Shown here piece after piece: positions 1 to 10,970 of a DNA stretch of 64,000 bases. The DNA comes from Escherichia coli (GTDB lineage Bacteria > Pseudomonadota > Gammaproteobacteria > Enterobacterales > Enterobacteriaceae). A program made the position numbers and the translations under genes. Location of the stretch: NCBI RefSeq assembly GCF_003334765.1, contig NZ_QOWT01000002.1, one strand, 5' to 3'. The first letter of the stretch is position 1. Every line of letters begins with the position of its first letter. A model generated the notes under the pieces. The model was not told where the DNA came from and did not search any database. It saw only the letters and a list, made by a program, of their open reading frames with translations.

Positions 1-337
1 TCCGGTAGAACTATTAATGAAAGTACAACTGGGCGGCGGAACCAATATCGCCAGTGCCGTGGAGTATGGTCGGCAACTTATTGAACAACCAGCAAAAAGC
101 GTCATTATCCTCGTGAGCGATTTTTATGAAGGGGGTTCATCATCATTGCTGACGCATCAGGTGAAAAAGTGTGTCCAGAGCGGCATCAAAGTGCTGGGAC
201 TGGCAGCGCTCGATAGCACAGCAACGCCTTGCTATGACCGCGATACGGCCCAGGCGCTGGTTAATGTCGGCGCACAAATAGCCGCCATGACGCCGGGCGA
301 GCTGGCATCATGGCTTGCAGAGAACCTTCAGTCATGA
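1..337 (+). CDS. yehP: VWA-domain protein YehP, C-terminal fragment (gene starts upstream of window)
   Basis: ORF open to the window edge, stop at 335-337; recognised C-terminal sequence. Confidence 0.8.
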   Translation, partial: PVELLMKVQLGGGTNIASAVEYGRQLIEQPAKSVIILVSDFYEGGSSSLLTHQVKKCVQSGIKVLGLAALDSTATPCYDRDTAQALVNVGAQIAAMTPGELASWLAENLQS

Positions 338-2337
338 ATTCACTACGTCCGGAATTATTAGAACTGACACCACAGGCACTGACGGCGTTAAGCAATGCCG
401 GTTTTGTTAAGCGCAGCCTTAAGGAACTGGAAAATGGCAACGTCCCGGAAATCAGCCATGAGAACGGCGCTTTAATCGCCACCTTCAGTGACGGTGTCCG
501 TACCCAGCTGGCGAACGGCCAGGCACTGAAAGAGGCTCAGTGCACCTGTGGGGCCAGCGGCATGTGCCGTCATCGCGTGATGCTGGTGTTAAGTTATCAA
601 CGACTTTGTGCTACCGCCCAGCCTGCGGAAAAAGAAGAAGAGTGGGATCCGGCAATCTGGCTGGAAGAACTGGCTACCCTGCCCGATGCCACCCGCAAAC
701 GCGCGCAGGCGCTGGTCGCTAAAGGCATCACCATTGAGTTGTTCTGTACGCCGGGCGAAATTCCCTCTGCCCGCTTACCGATGAGCGATGTGCGTTTTTA
801 TTCCCGCAGCAGCATTCGTTTCGCCCGTTGTGATTGTATTGAAGGCACTCTTTGCGAACATATCGTACTGGCGGTACAGGCCTTCGTCGAGGCCAAAGCG
901 CAGCAAGCAGAATTTAACCATTTAATCTGGCAGATGCGCAGCGAACACGTCACATCATCTGACGATCCGTTTGCCAGCGAAGAAGGCCAAACGTGTCGTC
1001 AATATGTTCAGCAATTAAGCCAGGCATTATGGCTTGGCGGCATCAGCCAGCCGCTTATTCACTACGAGGCCGCTTTCAGCCGCGCGCAGCAAGCGGCGGA
1101 ACGCTGCAACTGGCGATGGGTGAGTGAATCGCTACGGCAACTGCGCGCCAGCGTTGATGCCTTCCACGCCCGCGCAAGCCATTATCATGCCGGAGAATGC
1201 TTGTGTCAGCTTGCCGCATTAAACAGTCGATTAAATTGCGCACACGAAATGGCGCAGCGCGACAGTGTTGGTGAAATTCCTCCCATGCCGTGGCGCACGG
1301 TCGTTGGCGCAGGCATTGCCGGAGAAGCAAAGCTTGATCATCTGCGGCTGGTGTCTTTAGGTATGCGTTGCTGGCAGGATATTGAGCATTATGGTTTACG
1401 CATCTGGTTTACCGATCCCGACACCGGCAGTATTTTGCACCTTTCGCGCAGTTGGCCGCGAAGTGAACAGGAAAACTCACCGGCAGCTACGCGTCGGCTG
1501 TTTAGTTTTCAGGCTGGCGCACTGGCGGGCGGGCAAATTGTTTCACAAGCAGCAAAACGCAGTGCCGATGGCGAGCTGCTGTTAGCTACCCGCAACCGCT
1601 TAAGCAGCGTTGTGCCGCTGTCGCCTGATGCCTGGCAAATGTTGAGCGCGCCGTTACGCCAGCCGGGCATTGTGGCTTTGCGGGAATATTTACGCCAGCG
1701 TCCCCCCGCCTGCATACGGCCTCTTAATCAGGTCGATAACTTATTTATTCTGCCGGTCGCTGAGTGTATTTCGCTCGGTTGGGATAGCAGCCGCCAGACG
1801 CTGGATGCGCAGGTAATCAGCGGCGAAGGTGAAGATAATCTGCTGACGTTATCACTGCCAGCCTCAGCCAGCGCGCCTTATGCCGTTGAACGCATGGCGG
1901 CGCTTTTGCAACAAACAGACGACCCCGTGTATCTGGTTTCTGGCTTTGTCAGTTTTGTTGATGGGCAATTGACACTGGAACCACAGGTAATGATGACAAA
2001 GACTCGTGCCTGGGCGCTGGACGCAGAAACTGCGCCTGTGGTGGTATCACTACCTTCTACCAGCGTTCTGCCTGTGCCGTCTACTGCTCATCAGTTGCTG
2101 ATGCGCTGCCAGGCGTTACTTATTCAACTGCTCCATAACGGCTGGCGCTATCAGGAACAGAGCGCTATTAGTCAGGCAGAGTTGCTGGCGAATGACCTCA
2201 CCGCGGTGGGTTTTTATCGGCTGGCACATGTGTTGGCACAATTTCGTAATACAGAAAGCGAGGCACGGGTAGAAGCAATGAATAACGGTGTTTTGCTTTG
2301 CGAACAATTATTCCCCATGCTTCAGCAACAAGGATGA
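334..2337 (+). CDS. yehQ: SWIM zinc-finger protein YehQ, function unknown
   Basis: Long ORF; ATG at 334 overlaps yehP stop (ATGA); two CxC-Xn-CxH motifs. Start 310 vs 334 uncertain. Confidence 0.8.
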   Translation: MNSLRPELLELTPQALTALSNAGFVKRSLKELENGNVPEISHENGALIATFSDGVRTQLANGQALKEAQCTCGASGMCRHRVMLVLSYQRLCATAQPAEKEEEWDPAIWLEELATLPDATRKRAQALVAKGITIELFCTPGEIPSARLPMSDVRFYSRSSIRFARCDCIEGTLCEHIVLAVQAFVEAKAQQAEFNHLIWQMRSEHVTSSDDPFASEEGQTCRQYVQQLSQALWLGGISQPLIHYEAAFSRAQQAAERCNWRWVSESLRQLRASVDAFHARASHYHAGECLCQLAALNSRLNCAHEMAQRDSVGEIPPMPWRTVVGAGIAGEAKLDHLRLVSLGMRCWQDIEHYGLRIWFTDPDTGSILHLSRSWPRSEQENSPAATRRLFSFQAGALAGGQIVSQAAKRSADGELLLATRNRLSSVVPLSPDAWQMLSAPLRQPGIVALREYLRQRPPACIRPLNQVDNLFILPVAECISLGWDSSRQTLDAQVISGEGEDNLLTLSLPASASAPYAVERMAALLQQTDDPVYLVSGFVSFVDGQLTLEPQVMMTKTRAWALDAETAPVVVSLPSTSVLPVPSTAHQLLMRCQALLIQLLHNGWRYQEQSAISQAELLANDLTAVGFYRLAHVLAQFRNTESEARVEAMNNGVLLCEQLFPMLQQQG

Positions 2338-2415
2338 AATAGTGCTTTTTACTAAGAGTTCTACTCCAGTTCCGGACTGCTCACGCCACGGTATTAGGCA
2401 TATTCTATATAGCCC

Positions 2416-2438
2416 CTGGTGAGAGTCACCAGTTTCTT
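2416..2438 (+). terminator. Probable intrinsic terminator after yehQ
   Basis: CTGGTGA / TCACCAG stem followed by TTTCTTG. Confidence 0.5.
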
Positions 2439-2461
2439 GATTAAATAAAATGGAGTTTTAC

Positions 2462-2923
2462 ATGAAGGCTTTCAATAAGCTGTTTTCCCTCGTTGTTGCA
2501 TCTGTTCTGGTTTTCTCTCTTGCTGGCTGCGGTGACAAAGAAGAATCGAAGAAATTCAGCGCCAATCTGAACGGCACTGAAATTGCCATTACCTATGTCT
2601 ACAAAGGTGACAAGGTGCTTAAGCAATCTTCTGAAACCAAAATTCAATTTGCCTCCATTGGTGCAACCACCAAAGAAGATGCTGCCAGGGCACTTGAGCC
2701 GTTAAGCGCCAAATACAAAAACATCGCGGGTGTTGAAGAAAAATTAACCTATACCGATACCTACGCGCAGGAAAACGTGACTATCGATATGGAAAAAGTG
2801 GATTTTAAAGCCCTGCATGGTATTTCAGGAATCAACGTTTCTGCTGAAGATGCCAAAAAAGGTATCACTATGGCGCAAATGGAACTGGTGATGAAAGCCG
2901 CTGGTTTTAAAGAAGTGAAATAA
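2462..2923 (+). CDS. yehR: Lipoprotein YehR (DUF1307)
   Basis: Signal peptide with lipobox LAGC; start at second in-frame ATG. Confidence 0.85.
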   Translation: MKAFNKLFSLVVASVLVFSLAGCGDKEESKKFSANLNGTEIAITYVYKGDKVLKQSSETKIQFASIGATTKEDAARALEPLSAKYKNIAGVEEKLTYTDTYAQENVTIDMEKVDFKALHGISGINVSAEDAKKGITMAQMELVMKAAGFKEVK

Positions 2924-2929
2924 TCTGTC

Positions 2930-2954
2930 GGCGGCCATGTTTCGCATGGCCGCC
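2930..2954. terminator. Shared hairpin between convergent yehR and yehS
   Basis: 10-bp GC stem GGCGGCCATG / CATGGCCGCC with 5-nt loop; no clear U-tract on either strand. Confidence 0.45.
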
Positions 2955-2963
2955 ATACCCGTC

Positions 2964-3434
2964 TTAGCTTTTCTTCACATGCTGGCGCGCTGCCAGTCCA
3001 CGCAGAAAATAACGTAAAAATTGATCGCCGCATTCGCGGAAGTTTTTATGATCCGGTGCACGCATCATCGCCGTAATTTCCGGCATCGAAACGCGGAACT
3101 GCTGTTCGGTGAGGATCGCCAGAATGTCATCGGTTTTCAGCGAAAACGCGATGCGTAATTTTTTCAGCACGATGTTGTTATTAATGCGACGTTCCGGCTC
3201 CAGTGCCGGAGCAGACTCATCCTTGCCGCGTTTTTCATAAATCAGGCCATTGAGGAATGACGACAAAACAATGTCCGGACAACGCTGAAAACCCTCTTCG
3301 TCTTCTTTACGTAGCCAGACGGCGATCTGTTCCGCGGTGGCTTCGACATTACCCAGCGCCAGAATACGCACCAGGTCATTATTATTGGCTTTCAAAATGT
3401 AGCGCACGCTGCGCAGAATATCGTTACTTAGCAT
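2964..3434 (-). CDS. yehS: DUF1456 protein YehS
   Basis: ORF in track; start chosen at MLSNDILRS. Confidence 0.8.
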   Translation of the reverse strand: MLSNDILRSVRYILKANNNDLVRILALGNVEATAEQIAVWLRKEDEEGFQRCPDIVLSSFLNGLIYEKRGKDESAPALEPERRINNNIVLKKLRIAFSLKTDDILAILTEQQFRVSMPEITAMMRAPDHKNFRECGDQFLRYFLRGLAARQHVKKS

Positions 3435-3480
3435 GAGGCCTTCAGGTGTTGATGAGGCAAAAAGCCATTTTAGCAGTCTT

Positions 3481-4200
3481 TTACAGGCCAATCGCCTCTT
3501 TTAAGCTTTTCAGATAACGGCGGCTGACCGGCACGGTTAAGCCATTACGCAAAATCAACTCGGCCTGGCCGTTATCTTCCAGACGAATCTCCTGTAAATG
3601 CGCGAGGTTAACCAGATACTGACGATGGCAGCGCAGTAGTGGTGTACGACTTTCCAGGGTACGTAATGTCAATTCGGTAAAGCCCTCTTTCCCTTCGTGG
3701 CTGGTAACGTAGACACCGCTCATCCGACTGCTGACAAATGCCACATCTTTCATTTGCAGCAAATAAATCCGACTATGCCCAGTACAAGGGATAAATTTCA
3801 GCGCCTGTTGATTTTCTGGTAACAGCGAAACATCCTGCTTGCTGCGTTCCTGCCGCAAACGCGCCAGCGTTTTCTCCAGTCGCGCTTCATCAATTGGCTT
3901 CAGCAGATAATCAAAGGCGTGTTCTTCAAAGGCTTTAATGGCGTATTCGTCAAACGCGGTGAGAAAAACAATATACGGACGATGTTCCGGGTCGAGCATC
4001 CCCACCATTTCCAGACCACTGATGCGCGGCATCTGGATATCGAGAAACAGCACATCCGGGCGCAGTTTATGCACCGCGCCGATCCCTTCCACGGCGTTTG
4101 AACACTCACCAACGATTTCAATATCGCTCTGCTCCTGCAAAAATACGCGCAGGTTCTCCCGTGCTAACGGTTCATCATCGACAATTAAGACTTTAATCAT
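3481..4200 (-). CDS. btsR: LytTR-family response regulator BtsR (YehT)
   Basis: Receiver domain ([10 protein letters not shown]) plus LytTR C-terminus; start overlaps btsS stop. Confidence 0.9.
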
Positions 4201-5882
4201 GCCTCGTCCCTCCATGGTAGTCGTAACGTTATTCGGGTGTAACTATCAGGCTCACAGGCGACGCTTATCCCATAGTCATCGCCAAACCGTTCACGTAAAC
4301 GCTTATCCACCAGATTCATCCCCAGCCCACTGGCATTGGTTACCGGTTGATACAAACCGGCATTGTCTTCGATCTCCAGCATTAAATGTTGCCCCTCACG
4401 TCGGGCGCTGATTGCCACTCGCCCTGTATCCAGCAGTTGTGATGTCCCATGTTTAATGGCGTTTTCCACTATCGGTTGCAGGGTAAACGCGGGCAATTGC
4501 TGCTGGGATAATTCTTGCGGAATAGCAATGTTGACCTGCAACCGCGACTGGAAGCGCGCCTTTTCAATTTGCAGATAAGCATTCACATGTTCAATTTCGT
4601 CGGCGAGAGTAACAAACTCCGAAGGCCGCTTTAAGTTTTTGCGGAAAAAAGTGGAAAGATACTGCACCAGCTGGCTGGCCTGTTCGCTGTCGCGACGGAT
4701 CACCGCTTTAATGGTGTTAAGCGCATTAAACAAAAAATGGGGATTCACCTGGGCGTGAAGCAGTTTGATCTCTGACTGGGTGAGCATCGCTTTTTGCCGC
4801 TCATATTGCCCGGCAAGGATCTGCGCCGAAAGCAGTTGCGCAATCCCCTCGCCCAGCGTGCGGTTGATTGAACTGAATAAACGGTTTTTGGCTTCATACA
4901 ATTTGATGGTGCCCATCACCCGCTGATTTTCACCACGCAACGGAATTACCAGCGTCGACCCCAGTTTGCATTGCGGATGCAAAGAGCAACGGTAAGGTAC
5001 TTCGTTGCCATCAGCGTAGACCACTTCACCGGTTTCAATCGCTTTTAAGGTATAAGTCGAAGAAATCGGTTTGCCGGGTAAATGGTGGTCGTCACCAATT
5101 CCGGTAAAGGCTAGCAATTTCTCTCGATCGGTAATCGCGACTGCACCAATATCCAGCTCCTGATACAGCACCTGTGCCACTTTCATGCTGTTCACTTCGT
5201 TAAACCCCTGGCGCAAAATGCCTTCCGTCGAGGCCGCCACTTTCAGCGCAGTGGCAGAAAAAGCTGAAGTGTATTTTTCAAACATCGCGCGTTTATCGAG
5301 CAATATACGCATAAACAGCGCCGCGCCGACGGTATTGGTGACCATCATTGGCGCAGCAATATTACTCACCAGACGTACCGCATCTTCATAAGGTCGGGCG
5401 ATCGCCAGGATGATCAACATTTGCACCATTTCAGCGACGAACGTGACGGCACCGGCGGTAATGGGGTTAAAGACTTTATCAGTGCGCCCGCGACGGATCA
5501 GGATGCTGTGTACCAGGCCGCCGAGCAATCCTTCAACGATGGTTGAGATCATGCAACTTAGCGCGGTCATGCCCCCCATCGAATATCGATGTAAGCCGCC
5601 GGTCAGACCAACCAGCCCACCGACGACCGGACCGCCGAGTAAGCCGCCCATTACCGCGCCTATCGCACGGGTATTGGCAATAGAATCGTCAATGTGCAAC
5701 CCAAACCAGGTGCCCATGATGCAGAAGATGGAAAAGACGATGTAGCAGAGAAATTTATGCGGCAGACGAACCGTGACCTGCATTAACGGTATGAATAATG
5801 GCGTTTTACTCATTAACCACGCAATGACTAAAAAAACGCACATCTGCTGAAGCAGCAGCAACACCAGATTAAAATCGTACAT
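4197..5882 (-). CDS. btsS: LytS-type sensor histidine kinase BtsS (YehU)
   Basis: N-terminal multi-TM domain, GAF and His-kinase regions; start at MYDFNLV. Confidence 0.9.
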
Positions 5883-6103
5883 ACCCGCAAACCACACTTC
5901 CCTTTAAAACGCGTAACATACATTGCCTGCGTTTAACTTTCTTTGAACTCTTGCAGAAAAATGAGAATTCGTGAGTACGATCACTCAAAATCGCCTGGCA
6001 AAAATAAAATCACCCTATAGATGCACAAAAAACGGGCAAAACTACCTGGTTCGCAAAACTGCGTCTAAAGTTAAACCGGGACCTCGCGAGCAAGGGTGAG
6101 ACG

Positions 6104-6835
6104 ATGGCGCTTTACACAATTGGTGAAGTGGCGTTGCTTTGTGATATTAATCCTGTCACGTTACGCGCGTGGCAGAGGCGTTACGGATTGCTGAAACCGC
6201 AACGGACAGACGGCGGTCATCGGCTGTTCAACGATGCCGATATTGACCGGATCCGCGAGATCAAACGCTGGATCGACAACGGCGTGCAGGTCAGCAAAGT
6301 TAAAATGCTGCTCAGTAATGAAAATGTTGATGTGCAGAACGGCTGGCGCGATCAGCAAGAAACATTACTGACTTACCTGCAAAGCGGCAATCTACATAGC
6401 CTGCGAACGTGGATCAAAGAGCGCGGTCAGGATTACCCCGCCCAGACACTCACCACACATCTGTTTATTCCTCTGCGCCGACGGCTTCAGTGCCAACAAC
6501 CGACTCTCCAGGCGCTGCTGGCGATCCTCGACGGCGTACTGATCAACTACATCGCCATTTGTCTGGCTTCGGCACGTAAAAAACAGGGTAAAGATGCGCT
6601 GGTGGTTGGCTGGAATATTCAGGATACCACCCGTCTGTGGCTGGAGGGCTGGATTGCCAGTCAACAAGGATGGCGCATTGATGTCCTCGCCCACTCGCTC
6701 AATCAACTACGCCCTGAACTATTCGAAGGCCGTACATTGCTGGTGTGGTGCGGTGAAAATCGAACCTCCGCCCAACAGCAGCAACTCACCAGTTGGCAAG
6801 AACAAGGCCATGATATTTTCCCACTCGGCATTTAA
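6104..6835 (+). CDS. mlrA: MerR-family transcriptional regulator MlrA
   Basis: 243 aa ORF with N-terminal MerR HTH; recognised sequence. Confidence 0.9.
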   Translation: MALYTIGEVALLCDINPVTLRAWQRRYGLLKPQRTDGGHRLFNDADIDRIREIKRWIDNGVQVSKVKMLLSNENVDVQNGWRDQQETLLTYLQSGNLHSLRTWIKERGQDYPAQTLTTHLFIPLRRRLQCQQPTLQALLAILDGVLINYIAICLASARKKQGKDALVVGWNIQDTTRLWLEGWIASQQGWRIDVLAHSLNQLRPELFEGRTLLVWCGENRTSAQQQQLTSWQEQGHDIFPLGI

Positions 6836-6894
6836 TGATTCGTTAACAAATGCGCTTTACTGTACAATCCTTTCGTTAACATAAGGAGTGCATT

Positions 6895-7002
6895 ATGCGC
6901 ATAGCTAAAATTGGGGTCATCGCCCTGTTCCTGTTTATGGCGTTAGGCGGAATTGGTGGCGTCATGCTCGCAGGTTATACCTTTATTTTGCGTGCTGGCT
7001 AA
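6895..7002 (+). CDS. yohO: Small membrane protein YohO (35 aa)
   Basis: Not in ORF track; read by eye. AAGGAG 7 nt upstream of ATG; single hydrophobic helix; 3-prime end overlaps yehW antisense. Confidence 0.7.
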
Positions 7003-7714
7003 GCGCCTGCACCAGCCTTTCAAACAGGCGGTCTGCGATGATCGCCGCCAGTGCCACCAGTAACGCCCCCTGGATCACATACGCGGTATTAAATCCGCTA
7101 AGCCCGATGATGATGGGCGTACCCAGCGTGCTGGCCCCTACCGTTGAGGCGATCGTCGCCGTACCAATGTTGATAATCACCGAAGTTCGCACGCCCGCCA
7201 GAATCACCGGAGCCGCCAGCGGTAGCTCGACCTTACGCAGTCGCTGACCACGACTCATTCCCATACCTTTCGCAACTTCTGTCACGCTGGCATCAATCGC
7301 TCCCAGCCCGGCAAGTGTCGCCTGCAGGACGGGCAGCACACCGTAAAGGATCAAGGCGATAATCGCTGGTTGCAGACCAAAGCCGATCACCGGAACGGCG
7401 ATCGCCAGCACTGCGACGGGCGGAAAAGTCTGTCCAACGGCGGCAATAGTTTCCACCAGTGGGCGAAATTCCGCGCCCCACGGGCGAGTGACAGCAATTC
7501 CGGCACCAGTGCCAATGATCACCGCAAACAAACTCGAAATTCCCACCAGCCAGAAATGAGCCAGTGCCAGAGCTGCAAAACTTTCTTGCTGATAAACGGG
7601 TCGTGGCAGTTGTGGGAACAAGGCAGCAAACAGCGGCTGGCTGTAAGGCAGCCAGAAAATCAGCGCCACAAACAGAGCAATGAGCCAGAACAGCGGATCG
7701 CGCAACATCTTCAT
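6983..7714 (-). CDS. yehW: Osmoprotectant ABC transporter permease YehW
   Basis: 243 aa polytopic permease ORF in yehZYXW order. Confidence 0.9.
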
Positions 7715-7718
7715 ACGC

Positions 7719-8645
7719 TTACGCCTCCTCCAGCAGATCCTGAAAATGCAGCGTGCCGCAAGGCTGGCCCTGCGTGTTCATCACCGGCAGCACCTCGCAT
7801 CCCCGCGCGACAAACAGGGAGAGCGCATCGCGCAGCGTCATCTCTTCTGCCAGTGCCTCACCTTCTGCCCGTTCTTCGCGACGCACGTAATCCGCCACAC
7901 TACGTAACGAAAGCAGGCGCACCCCCAGTTCACTACGTCCAAAAAACTGGCGGACAAAATCATTCGCCGGACGAGTCAGCATCGTCAGCGGATTCCCCTG
8001 CTGCACCACTTCACCGTGATCCATCAATACCAGATGTTCTGCCAGCCTTAGCGCCTCATCAATATCATGAGTGACCAGCACAATAGTGCGCCCCAGCAAA
8101 CGGTGAATGCGCGTCATCTCTTGTTGCAACGCGCCGCGCGTTACCGGGTCCAGTGCGCCAAAAGGTTCATCCATCAGTAAGACTTGCGGATCGGCAGCCA
8201 GTGCGCGCGCCACTCCCACACGTTGCTGCTGACCACCGGAAAGCTGATGCGGATAACGCTCACGCAAATTTGACTCCAGCCCCAGTAGCGCCATTAATTC
8301 GTCGATACGATCGTCAATCCGTGCCCGCGACCATTTTTGTAATTGCGGCACGGTAGCGATGTTTTGCGCCACGCTCCAGTGGGGGAACAGGCCAATAGAT
8401 TGAATGGCATAGCCCATCCGGCGGCGCAACTCCAGTACTGGCAGCGAGCGAATTTCTTCTCCGGCAAAGCGGATCACGCCGCTGTCATGTTCCACCAGGC
8501 GGTTAATCATTTTCAGGGTGGTGGATTTGCCGGAGCCAGATGTGCCAATCAGCACCGAAAAACTCCCTTCCTGAAAATTGAGATTGAGATCGTTAACGGC
8601 TTTTTGTGCGCCGAACAGTTTGCTGACATGGCTAAATTCAATCAT
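7719..8645 (-). CDS. yehX: Osmoprotectant ABC transporter ATP-binding protein YehX
   Basis: Walker [13 protein letters not shown] signature LSGGQQQR. Confidence 0.9.
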   Translation of the reverse strand: MIEFSHVSKLFGAQKAVNDLNLNFQEGSFSVLIGTSGSGKSTTLKMINRLVEHDSGVIRFAGEEIRSLPVLELRRRMGYAIQSIGLFPHWSVAQNIATVPQLQKWSRARIDDRIDELMALLGLESNLRERYPHQLSGGQQQRVGVARALAADPQVLLMDEPFGALDPVTRGALQQEMTRIHRLLGRTIVLVTHDIDEALRLAEHLVLMDHGEVVQQGNPLTMLTRPANDFVRQFFGRSELGVRLLSLRSVADYVRREERAEGEALAEEMTLRDALSLFVARGCEVLPVMNTQGQPCGTLHFQDLLEEA

Positions 8646-9795
8646 TACGTTTCACCTTCAGCAGTGCGATAAGCAAATCGAACAGCGCGTCGGTAAGCAC
8701 CGCCAGAACAATTACCGGGATCACCCCCAGCAACACTAAATCAATGGCGCTGCTTAGCAGCCCCTGGAAAACCAGCGCACCAAAACCGCCTGCGCCGATT
8801 AACGCCGCAATCACCGCCATACCTACAGTTTGCACCATCACCACCCGCAGGCTGCGCAGAAATACCGGTAACGCCAGTGGTAACTGAACATGCAGGAATC
8901 GCTGCGCCCCGCTCATCCCCATCGCTCTGGCGCTCTCCAGCACATCGCGCGGGATCTGGTTCAAACCGACTACCACGCCGCGCACCAGCGGCAGCAAGGC
9001 ATAGAGCACCAGCGCAATCAGTGCGGGTGTCATTCCGGTTCCTGCTATGCCGAGCTTCCCCAGCCACGGAAAGGCCGTAACCAGCGCGGCAAGCGGCGCA
9101 ATCAACAGGCCAAAGAGCGCCACCGAAGGCACGGTCTGAATGACATTGAGCAGAGAAAAAATTGCCCCCTGCCGCGCAGTGGAAAAGTAGCACCAGATGC
9201 CCAACGGCACACCAATCACTAACGCAGGCAGCACCGCACCAAACAGCAACGTCAAATGCTGTGCCAGCGCGTCGTCAAACACATCCTGACGGTTGGCGTA
9301 TTCTTTCATTAGTGAGAGATCGTTAAGCGTGCCGGAGTACAGCAACCACAGCGGAATAATGGCAATCTGCATATGCAACAACCAGCGCCACAGCGGATGC
9401 GTGGAGATTCGGCGGATGGCATCGCTACAGGCCAGCAATGCCAGCGCCGCAGCCAGCCAGAAACCACTGCCGAGGCTGGTACGCGCCAGCGCACTGCCAT
9501 TTTGCGCCAGTTGGGTCGCCGCCTTTCCTGCTCCCCACACCAGCAATACGAAGACGAATTGCGCCAGAATGAGTGCAAAAATGCTGCCTTTTTTAGCGGG
9601 AATAAAACAGGCTGTCAGCCAGGCGCAACCAACGCCCACCAGCATCCAGATCGTTTGCGGCCACAGTTGCCAGAGATGACGCCCTTCACCCGAGACTAAA
9701 CGATTAGGCGCGTAACTGATAAACGGCAGCGCCGCTGCGATTGCCGTCAGCAACAGCAGCAGCGCCAGAACAGGATTAATACGTAGATAAGTCAC
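8638..9795 (-). CDS. yehY: Osmoprotectant ABC transporter permease YehY
   Basis: 385 aa polytopic permease; 8-nt overlap with yehX. Confidence 0.9.
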   Translation of the reverse strand: MTYLRINPVLALLLLLTAIAAALPFISYAPNRLVSGEGRHLWQLWPQTIWMLVGVGCAWLTACFIPAKKGSIFALILAQFVFVLLVWGAGKAATQLAQNGSALARTSLGSGFWLAAALALLACSDAIRRISTHPLWRWLLHMQIAIIPLWLLYSGTLNDLSLMKEYANRQDVFDDALAQHLTLLFGAVLPALVIGVPLGIWCYFSTARQGAIFSLLNVIQTVPSVALFGLLIAPLAALVTAFPWLGKLGIAGTGMTPALIALVLYALLPLVRGVVVGLNQIPRDVLESARAMGMSGAQRFLHVQLPLALPVFLRSLRVVMVQTVGMAVIAALIGAGGFGALVFQGLLSSAIDLVLLGVIPVIVLAVLTDALFDLLIALLKVKRND

Positions 9796-9801
9796 GGGAA
9801 A

Positions 9802-10719
9802 TTACTTCGTCCACCCTTTTTGTTTCAGGTAGTCGGCAGCCACTTTTTTGGCATCCAGTCCTTCCACTGCAATGCTGGCATTCAGTTGCTGCAATGTTTT
9901 TGCATCGAGGCTGGCGAAGACTGGCTGTAGCCACTGTGCCATTTGCGGATACTCTTTCAGCACCGACTCACGCACCACTGGTGCAGGCGCGTAGATAGGT
10001 TGCACGCCTTGCGGATCGCTTAAGGTTTGCAGCCCCAGCGCCGCGACCGGACCGTCAGTGCCGTAAGCCATTGCGGCATTAACGCCAGAAGTTTGCTGGG
10101 CAGCGGCTTTAATCGTTACCGCCGTGTCGCCGCCAGCCAGTGACAGTAACTGATCCTGATCGAGTTTAAAGTCGTAGGCTTTTTCAAACGCGGGTAACGC
10201 ATCGGCGCGTTCGATAAACTCTGCCGAGGCTGCCAGTTTGAAGGTGCCGCCCTCTTTCAGATAACGACTCAGGTCAGCAAGCGAAGTGAGTTTGTTTTTC
10301 TCTGCCACATCCTGACGCACGGCGATGGTCCAGGTGTTATTCGCTGGTGCGGGCGTCAGCCAGATTAACTTGTTTTGCTCTGCATCGAGTTTTTTGACTT
10401 TCTCGTAACCTTGCTGCGCGTTTTTCCATGCCGCATCGTTTTCATCTTTAAAGAAGAAAGCGCCATTGCCGGTATATTCCGGATAGATATCCAGTTCACC
10501 GGAAGTAATCGCCCCGCGCACCACAGGAGTCGTTCCAAGTTGCACTTTATTGACCGTTGGTACGCCGTGGCTTTCGAGTACTTGCAAAATGATATTGCCG
10601 AGCAGCGCGCCTTCGGTATCGATTTTTGAACCGACTTTAACGGGGGAAGCCGCGTGCAGCGGCAGGCTCACGGCTGCCAACAAAACCAGTGAACCTGCCC
10701 AGACCTTTGAGAGTGGCAT
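9802..10719 (-). CDS. osmF: Periplasmic glycine betaine-binding protein OsmF (YehZ)
   Basis: Signal peptide plus substrate-binding protein fold; first gene of yehZYXW. Confidence 0.9.
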   Translation of the reverse strand: MPLSKVWAGSLVLLAAVSLPLHAASPVKVGSKIDTEGALLGNIILQVLESHGVPTVNKVQLGTTPVVRGAITSGELDIYPEYTGNGAFFFKDENDAAWKNAQQGYEKVKKLDAEQNKLIWLTPAPANNTWTIAVRQDVAEKNKLTSLADLSRYLKEGGTFKLAASAEFIERADALPAFEKAYDFKLDQDQLLSLAGGDTAVTIKAAAQQTSGVNAAMAYGTDGPVAALGLQTLSDPQGVQPIYAPAPVVRESVLKEYPQMAQWLQPVFASLDAKTLQQLNASIAVEGLDAKKVAADYLKQKGWTK

Positions 10720-10862
10720 GATGCTTTCCTCATTCTTTTACTGTTGTTTTCAGCGAATTAAGAGAAAAGCATAGTTGATAATGACAGAGTTAGCCTGAGC
10801 GGAAGGATTCAGTTGCAGAATCAGATAAATACTTAAAGGGCATATTTTGCCCGGCGTTTCTT

Positions 10863-10899
<37 letters not shown>

Positions 10900-10970
10900 G
10901 GGCGAAAATTCAGCAAGTTAAGATATGAACATCAGGCAAAGGGCGCAAACGTCGCGCCCTTACTAAAGCA

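Noticed and set aside
310-333. Upstream ATG (310) as yehQ start
   Set aside because: ATG at 334 gives a classic ATGA stop/start overlap with yehP; the 310 start would overlap yehP by 28 nt. Kept as an alternative, not excluded.
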